Below are positions 13,270 through 20,151 of a stretch of DNA of 20,151 nt, piece after piece. The notes beneath the pieces are model-generated. The model had not been told where the DNA came from. It saw only the letters and a program-made list of their open reading frames with translations, and ran no database searches. Origin of the DNA: Paramoeba atlantica (lineage: Eukaryota; Protista; Discosea); contig CDRNVI010000214.1 in assembly GCA_977017575.1 (NCBI GenBank), forward strand, positions 1 through 20,151, read 5' to 3'. Position numbers and translations under genes: made by a program. Each line of letters begins with the position of its first letter. Position 1 is the stretch's first letter.

Positions 13270-13542
13270 CTTCTTTTTGTGTGTGTGTTTTTGTGATGGT
13301 TCACGCGACAAACTTTTGAAAAAGAGAAAAAAGGAAAAGGATTCATTTTGGTCAGAACTTTTCCTCTTTATTTTCGAGTGAAGGAAGGGGAGTTGGTATT
13401 TCCCTTTTAACAGTTTTTCAAGTTAGTTTTTTGATTTTATTTCTTCTTATTTTCAATTGAAAAATTTGTTCAATCTTGGTTCCTCAAAAATCTCAAAAAA
13501 AAAATAGAATTGAAGAGAGAAGAAAAAAAGAAAGTCCTCTTT

Positions 13543-15482
13543 TTAATTTTCTTTTTTTATTTGAGCTGGTTTGATTGTTCGTCCCTACAAACCAAAAAGA
13601 AAAAAAATATGAGATCATTCTAGACTCAATTAATATTCAACAAAAAAAACTTAAAAAGAAAATTGAGAATTGAAAGAAAAAGAGAAAAAATGTTAAAAAA
13701 AGAAGAGAAAAAAAATGAAACCTTCAATTGGGTGATGAATTCAACAATGCTCTGACTTTTTGCAACATCAAGGACTGTTTCACCAGCCTAATAAAAGAAA
13801 GAAAAGAAAGTATAAGAACCACTCCAACCCCATCCTTCTCCTCAATTCTCCCAATTTCCCCATCCTCCCACAATCCAACAAGTCAATAAATCAAAAAAAG
13901 AAAATCAAAACTTCATTTTGAAGATGAATACTGGCTCCATGTTCAATCAGAATCTCCACAATTTCTTTCGAACCTTTCTTAGCAGCAAAGTGAAGAGCGG
14001 TATCTCCATACTTAACAAAAAGAAGTTGTTAAAAGAATAAATAAAATCTCACACTAAAAATGAGGAAATCAAAACTTTAGTTTGAAGATGAATACTGGCT
14101 CCATGTTCAATCAGAATCTCCACAATTTCTTTCGAACCTTTCTTAGCAGCAAAGTGAAGAGCGGTATCTCTATACTTAACAAAAAGAAGTTGTTAAAAGA
14201 ATAAATAAAATCTCACACTAAAAATGAGGAAATCAAAACTTCATCTTGAAGATCAACATTGGATCCATGTTCAATCAGAATCTCCACAATTTCTTTCGAA
14301 CCTTTCTTAGCAGCAAAGTGAAGAGCGGTATCTCCATACTTAACAAAAAGAAGTTGTTAAAAGAATAAATAAAATCTCACACTAAAAATGAGGAAATCAA
14401 AACTTCATTTTGAAGATGAATACTGGCTCCATGTTCAATCAGAATCTCCACAATTTCTTTCGAACCTTTCTTAGCAGCAAAGTGAAGAGCGGTATCTCTA
14501 TGCTTAACAAAAAGAAGTTGTTAAAAGAATAAATAAAATCTCACACTAAAAATGAGGAAATCAAAACTTCATTTCGAAGATGAATACTGGCTCCATGTTC
14601 AATCAGAATCTCCACAATTTCTTTCGAACCTTTCTTAGCAGCAAAGTGAAGAGCGGTCTCTCCATACTTAACAAAAAGAAGTTGTTAAAAGAATAAAACA
14701 AAATCTCACACTAAAAATGAGGAAATCAAAACTTTAGTTTGAAGATGAATACTGGCTCCATGTTCAATCAGAATCTTCACAGCTTCTTCAAAACCTTTCT
14801 CAGCAGCACAGTGAAGAGCGGTCCAGCCATCCTTAACAAAAAGAAGTTGTTCAAAAAGAAAAAAACAAAATCTCACACAAACACATCAGAATAAACAAAA
14901 AAAACAACCAAGAATGAACAACAACGAAAACAAAATCAAAAAAAAAGGAAATCAAAACTTTAGTTGGAAGATCAACAAAGGATCCACATTCAAGAAGAAT
15001 CTTCATAATTTCTTGAAAATCTTGGTTCGCAGCACAGTGAAGAGCGGTCCAGCCATCCTTAACAAAAAGAAGTTGTTAAAAGAATAAAACAAAATAACTC
15101 TCACACAACTCTCTTTCAAAAAAAAAATAAAAATCAAATCAAAACTTTATCTTGAAGATCAACATTGGGTCCATGTCCAACAAGAATCTTCACAATTCCT
15201 TCTTTTCCAGTGAAAGCAGCCAAGTGAAGAACAGTCCATCCAAACTTAACAAAAAGAAGTTTGAGAAAAAAGGGGGAGAGAGAAAGATAAAAAAAAGGAA
15301 AAGAGAGAAGAAAAAAGGTTCCAAAAAAAAACCATCTTTTTGAATTGAAAGTTGAGATCAAGTTTGAATTGTTTGTTTTCTTTTCCAAGAAGAAGAACTT
15401 CAACAAGTGCTTCATCTCCCTTCTCTACACCATCAAATAGTTTCTTTGTTTCTTCATTTGGAGTTTCTTCTTCTTCTTCCAT
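13543..15482 (-). CDS. Ankyrin-repeat protein ANK-C (N-cap + 8 repeats + C-cap + tail), 349 aa
   Basis: Exons 15482-15333, eight 99-nt exons (15244-15146, 15057-14959, 14831-14733, 14666-14568, 14502-14404, 14338-14240, 14174-14076, 14010-13912), 13787-13722 and 13584-13543; all phase 0; open frame. Confidence 0.92.
13912..14732 (-). repeat. Five tandem 164-bp units (99-nt ankyrin exon + 65-nt intron)
   Basis: Exon starts at 14010, 14174, 14338, 14502 and 14666 (period 164). Four introns are identical; the fifth is 66 nt with 1-2 changes. Confidence 0.97.
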
Positions 15483-15771
15483 CTTCTTTTGTGTGTTTTT
15501 GCGGTGGTTCAAGCGACAAACTTTTGAAAACGAGAAAAAAGGATGCCAGAAAAAGGATTGATTTGGTCGGGACTTTTTCCTTTGATTTTCGAGTGAAGGA
15601 AGGGTTTGAAAAAATGTCCTTGTTTTTTGTTTTTCTCTTTCGGAAGGACACTTTTTCTCTCTTTTGAAATCTCTCTTCAACAAATTTGGTCTTTCAAAAA
15701 AGATTTACCTTCTTCTTTCTTCTCTCTTCTCTTCTTGAAAGCATCACAAAAAAACACACACAAAATCAGAG

Positions 15772-15813
15772 ATGGAAGGAGAAGAAACTTCAACTTCCAA
15801 GACGGAAGACAAG
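15772..15813 (+). pseudogene. Internally deleted copy of the ankyrin-family exon 1 (MEGEETSTSKTEDK) with its donor site
   Basis: ATGGAAGGAGAAGAAACT joined to TCAACTTCCAAGACGGAAGACAAG|GTTTTTTTTTCTTCAAAACCTTTCTCT matches both ends of ANK-A exon 1 and the start of its intron 1, with about 105 nt missing. No ankyrin exons follow. Confidence 0.75.
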
Positions 15814-15835
15814 GTTTTTTTTTCTTCAAAACCTT

Positions 15836-15880
15836 TCTCTCTCTCTCTCTCTTTTCTCTCTCTTTCTCTCTCTCTCTCTC
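15836..15880. repeat. (CT)n microsatellite
   Basis: Interrupted CT dinucleotide run. Confidence 0.85.
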
Positions 15881-16265
15881 ATAATCAACAACATCCAAGC
15901 AATCTTGTATAATGTTTGTTATGCAAATAGTCTTTTGAAACCGTTGCACAGGGTGAGCAAGAAATACCAAAACTTTGAGTTTAAGACAAACAAAGAGTTT
16001 TTACCCCAGGTGGTTGATTTTCTTTCTGTGGCAACAGCCAATCTCTTTTTTATGATGTCAGCAAAATTTGGGGTGTTTTTGTTTGAGATTTCTCTGGATT
16101 TGTTATGCTTTTCTCAGAGATATTTTGAGATTTCCCAAAATGATCTCAAATCTCTTGACTTCTTGAGAAAGAAAGATTTCTTGAGAAATAAAGATTTCTT
16201 TGAACTATCTTTTATTGTGTGACACAGAGAGGAGATTTTTTCATTTTTTAAAATCCTTGTTTGCA

Positions 16266-16551
16266 ATGGATCCAGTTCGATCATCTGAGAGAATGAGAGA
16301 AGAAGAAGAAGAAAGAAGAGAAAAAAGAAGAGAAAAAAGAAGAGAAAAAAGAAGAGAAAAAAGAAGAGAAAAAAGAAGAGAAAAAAGAAGAGAAAAAAGG
16401 AACCCTTAAAAGAAAACGAACTGCCTCTCAGGCACCTGACCCCCCCCAACCTGTCCTGTCACCAGAACCAGACAGCCCTCTCCATGTTGACCATTGTGAA
16501 ACAACTGATGATGATGATGACATCTGCATGGTGGCAGAAATTCTGCCCTGA
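16266..16551 (+). pseudogene. Possible frameshifted small ORF (MDPVRSSERMREEEEE / KEEKKEE...GTLKRKRTASQAPDPPQP...DDDDDICMVAEILP*)
   Basis: The ATG-16266 frame stops at 16409. The +1 frame is open from 16297 to 16551 and reads like a disordered protein with a KRKR basic patch, but has no start of its own. Confidence 0.3.
16312..16392 (+). repeat. 12-nt minisatellite (AAAAAAGAAGAG) x6 plus a partial unit
   Basis: Exact units from 16321 to 16392; they encode KKEE or REKR depending on frame. Confidence 0.95.
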
Positions 16552-17988
16552 ATTCCACCCCGAATTCCTCCAAACCCATCACCTCCATGAAAAAGAACCT
16601 GTTTTTTGGAAGCTGGGAATGCGATGCTCTTCTCCACTTTCTCCTCTCTTGTGAAAAAGAAAGAGAAGCCAAAAAAAGAGATGTGGTCACGAATTTGATT
16701 GGTTATTTGGGGGTGTGAAAATGATCAATTAACCTTTTTTTCAATTTTAAATTTTCAATAAAAAATTCTGTTTGTGGATTTTTCAAAAAAGTTGGTGAGA
16801 ATAAAATCAACTGGAATGAAACCTGAGCTTGTGATGAACAGTTTTTGTGGATCTGTAAATTGGGGGTAAGGGAGGTGTGGAATTTGGATCAGTTTCTTGA
16901 ACTTTGTGAGAAATGATTATAAACTTCCTCATGATAGGGGATTATAATTTTTGTCAAGATCATTGATTCCTCAAGGCCAAATAAACTGGGAAAACAGAGA
17001 ATGATTTATTATTGTGAAGAGATTGCTTTGTGACAACCCTCACAATAAGATGACTGCATTGTTGGTTCAGTGTAAGTTCAGTGAAGATGTGAATGTCAAA
17101 AAGGAATGTATGCATTGTTCATCATATGGAATATTCAGTGAATTGTCAGACTTCAATGCTTCCCCCTATTCCTGTGATTGAACAATGTGTTCAGAGTCAC
17201 ACATACAGAAGGATAATTTCATGTCTTTATCCAGCTAAGAGATGCCATCTGTTCAGAAATGGACTTATAACTTTCCTGCCTTTGTTTCCTGCACTGGGTC
17301 AATGCCTTTATGCACTCTATTGTTTATGAATTCAAAGAAAAGAGAAGCCATCAGTTTCATCATATGTTTCATTGTATGCTTCTTGTATAAGATTCATCAT
17401 TTCATTCTCAGTTTCAGGTTCTTCTTTTTGTTTTTCTTGTTTGTCTTCTGCAAAACCCTTTCTAAAAGCTTTGTCAATCCTTTTTTGAATTGTTTCTTCC
17501 ATTTGGGCTCTCCAGGGTGCATCATGATTAGAAAGATGGAAACCAAGCTTTTCATCAGCTCATTGAATACTGCATTTGAATCAAGAGTGTTCTAATTTAC
17601 AATAATATTGGCAAATATGTTTGTTGAGTTTGTTTCAATTTTTCCCACCAATTCAAAGAATAGAGTCAGAAGGTTGAGAGAAGGAGGATGAAAATCATTT
17701 GGTGAGTTTTCTTGCATTTGTGATATTGTATTGTTTATTTACAATCAAATTTTAACAAACACCTTCAAGGGAATTAGGGAAAGCTTTGAGGAGATGAAGG
17801 AAACAAATGTTGTTGTCTTGGGGCAGTTCAATAGCACAAAGGCAGTTTACAAGAAATCAAAGTGAATGAGAAATGATCCTACATCTTCACCTCCTTTGTG
17901 TTAAAATTAATAAACTTTTCATTAAGATCAAGTTGGTTAGAAAGTGTGTTTCAATTAAACTTGATTTGTATGTGGTTTCAATGTCAGA

Positions 17989-18640
17989 TTGTGAAAGTGT
18001 TTCAACTTTTGAAGATGCTTCTTGATTTGGTGTTGTTTTGTTGTTTCCTCTATATTTTTCTAATTAAAGAGTGTTTTGTTTTGTTCAAATTTGTGTTTCA
18101 TCATAAGCTTGGTTTGTATTGCTTTTGTTGTACTTTGAGCAGAAGTTGTAGAAATCATAGTAAATTTAGGAGATTTAAACTGAACTGTTTTTTGGTTCCC
18201 TTTGTATTAATAGTAGAGATGCACCACTCTATACTTTTTTTTTGAAAGTTTGCTTTGCTTCTATGTTTTGATTCTTTTTCCATTTATTTTTAGTTGTACA
18301 TTAGCTGTGAGTAATGATATTTCTATGTTGCTTTATTTTCAAGAGGAAATGTTTTGGTTAGGTCTTCTTATAAGGATGTGGGAAGATGTGAGGGAAAGAG
18401 ACTTTAATTATATTTTTTCTTGAGTAATGTTTTTCCTATTATTTTCCTTAAATTTGTACTATGAGATTTTTTATTTTCAGAAGAAAACAGAAAATAGTTA
18501 TTGTTGAATGAATTTTCTACTTGATGTGAGTGTTGGAAGATCTTGTTTAGAAAATAGTAGTGTAGGTAGGTGTTAGGTTGTGAAAGTATTTTAACTTTTG
18601 AAGATGTTTCTTGATTTGGTATTGTTTTGTTGTTTCCTCT
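17989..18640. repeat. Dispersed 63-bp direct repeat (17989-18051 and 18578-18640)
   Basis: TTGTGAAAGT.TTT.AACTTTTGAAGATG.TTCTTGATTTGGT.TTGTTTTGTTGTTTCCTCT; four mismatches, all transitions. Confidence 0.9.
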
Positions 18641-18970
18641 GTGTTTCCCTTGTAAAATGATAGATTTTACAGTGAATAATAAAAGCAATTAAAATGTTGT
18701 TGTGCAATTTGAGAATTTGAAAAATGAACATTGGACTGTTTCAGAAATTGGTGGTTCCACATCAGCACTCATTTTCCTTTATTTAATAAATCAAAAAAAT
18801 ATAAATGTCTTTATCAAGGAGTTGTTGATTTCTCTGTTGCATCCTCCCACATGGTACAAGCAGCAAAGTTGATAGTTGCTGTTGTTCAAAAGTTGCTTCA
18901 ACTTTTCATCAACCCTTATCCTTTTAAAACAACACAAAAACAATGCAATTCTTTTTGTTAAAAAGAAAAA

Positions 18971-19088
18971 ACTTTTTTTGAGACTTTGATGACTAAATAA
19001 TAAGAGTTATTTTGAAGTTGTTGAAAAAAACTTTTTTTGAGATTTTGATGACTAGATAATAAGAGTTGTTTTGAAGTTGTCAAAAAAA
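18971..19088. repeat. Telomere-adjacent tandem duplication, 59-bp period, two copies
   Basis: ACTTTTTTTGAGA.TTTGATGACTA.ATAATAAGAGTT.TTTTGAAGTTGT at 18971 and 19030; five mismatches, all transitions. Confidence 0.92.
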
Positions 19089-19212
19089 AGAAAATTGATT
19101 TTTAATTCATTCCAAAATTCTTTTTTTTATTTTTTCCATTGCTTTCTCTTCTTCTTTTTTCCCTGCCACTTCTAATCTCAGGAGGAAGACAATCAACTTT
19201 TCAATTTCTCTC

Positions 19213-20151
19213 TTAGGGTTTAGGGTTTAGGGTTTAGGGTTTAGGGTTTAGGGTTTAGGGTTTAGGGTTTAGGGTTTAGGGTTTAGGGTTTAGGGTTTAG
19301 GGTTTAGGGTTTAGGGTTTAGGGTTTAGGGTTTAGGGTTTAGGGTTTAGGGTTTAGGGTTTAGGGTTTAGGGTTTAGGGTTTAGGGTTTAGGGTTTAGGG
19401 TTTAGGGTTTAGGGTTTAGGGTTTAGGGTTTAGGGTTTAGGGTTTAGGGTTTAGGGTTTAGGGTTTAGGGTTTAGGGTTTAGGGTTTAGGGTTTAGGGTT
19501 TAGGGTTTAGGGTTTAGGGTTTAGGGTTTAGGGTTTAGGGTTTAGGGTTTAGGGTTTAGGGTTTAGGGTTTAGGGTTTAGGGTTTAGGGTTTAGGGTTTA
19601 GGGTTTAGGGTTTAGGGTTTAGGGTTTAGGGTTTAGGGTTTAGGGTTTAGGGTTTAGGGTTTAGGGTTTAGGGTTTAGGGTTTAGGGTTTAGGGTTTAGG
19701 GTTTAGGGTTTAGGGTTTAGGGTTTAGGGTTTAGGGTTTAGGGTTTAGGGTTTAGGGTTTAGGGTTTAGGGTTTAGGGTTTAGGGTTTAGGGTTTAGGGT
19801 TTAGGGTTTAGGGTTTAGGGTTTAGGGTTTAGGGTTTAGGGTTTAGGGTTTAGGGTTTAGGGTTTAGGGTTTAGGGTTTAGGGTTTAGGGTTTAGGGTTT
19901 AGGGTTTAGGGTTTAGGGTTTAGGGTTTAGGGTTTAGGGTTTAGGGTTTAGGGTTTAGGGTTTAGGGTTTAGGGTTTAGGGTTTAGGGTTTAGGGTTTAG
20001 GGTTTAGGGTTTAGGGTTTAGGGTTTAGGGTTTAGGGTTTAGGGTTTAGGGTTTAGGGTTTAGGGTTTAGGGTTTAGGGTTTTAGGGTTTAGGGTTTAGG
20101 GTTTAGGGTTTAGGGTTTAGGGTTTAGGGTTTAGGGTTTTTAGGGTTTAGG
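19213..20151 (+). repeat. Telomeric array (TTTAGGG)n, about 134 units, G-rich strand running towards the end
   Basis: Uninterrupted TTTAGGG heptamers to the window end. Only two T-length variants occur (near 20080 and 20140). The orientation is that of a right chromosome end. Confidence 0.99.

Larger units (their letters stand above)
12290..15605. repeat. Tandem segmental duplication: ANK-B unit (about 12290-13390) and ANK-C unit (about 13400-15605)
   Basis: Shared 3' flank (TTCTTATTTTCAATTGAAAAATTTGTTCAATCTTGGTTCCTCAAAAATCTC near 12340 and 13445), near-identical exon 2 and introns 1-2, and shared upstream region ending TTTTCGAGTGAAGGAAGGG (about 13371-13389 and 15586-15604). Confidence 0.9.
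16692..19212. other. CpG-free subtelomeric domain with decayed coding-like sequence
   Basis: I found no CG dinucleotide between the CG at 16690-16691 and the telomere; TG and CA are frequent. All frames contain stops. Confidence 0.9.

Noticed and set aside
13912-14732. Regularly spaced repeats resembling a CRISPR array
   Set aside because: The units are 164-bp exon+intron modules encoding ankyrin repeats, with no unique spacers, in a eukaryotic context.
17770-17805. CFLHLLKAFPNS resembles the LINE reverse-transcriptase motif FLDxxKAFDS
   Set aside because: Both catalytic-region aspartates are absent, and no QG.PLSP or YADD motif follows at the expected spacing.
16750-18120. TGA-rich frames suggesting TGA=Trp recoding or a mitochondrial insert
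   Set aside because: TGA is frequent in all three minus-strand frames, TAA and TAG also interrupt them, and CpG decay explains the excess. Intact genes here use TGA as a stop.
20075-20145. TTTTAGGG and TTTTTAGGG variants at the distal telomere
   Set aside because: There are only two homopolymer-length changes at the contig tip, which cannot be told apart from sequencing error.

Overview
Right-hand chromosome end of an AT-rich, intron-rich, mitochondriate eukaryote (probably a protist; standard genetic code; lineage not determinable from this window). From left to right: a 3'-truncated BRSK/SAD/Nim1-type kinase (-), an intronless importin-alpha (-), mitochondrial ribosomal protein bL20m (+), a small acidic membrane protein (+), an intronless DXD glycosyltransferase-like gene (+), a SPRY-domain gene (-), then a cluster of ankyrin-repeat genes (three intact, with 6, 2 and 8 internal repeats, plus two fragments). 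In these genes every 33-aa repeat is its own 99-nt phase-0 exon, between cap exons. A 2.5-kb block with no CpG at all follows, then about 940 nt of (TTTAGGG)n telomere. Two signals stand out: (i) a DARPin-like, exon-modular ankyrin family that is expanding and contracting, with identical introns but only non-synonymous exon differences in its newest tandem units; (ii) a subtelomeric zone erased of CpG, whose local duplicates differ only by transitions. All gene models were spliced by hand from GT-AG sites and reading-frame continuity. No database searches were run.
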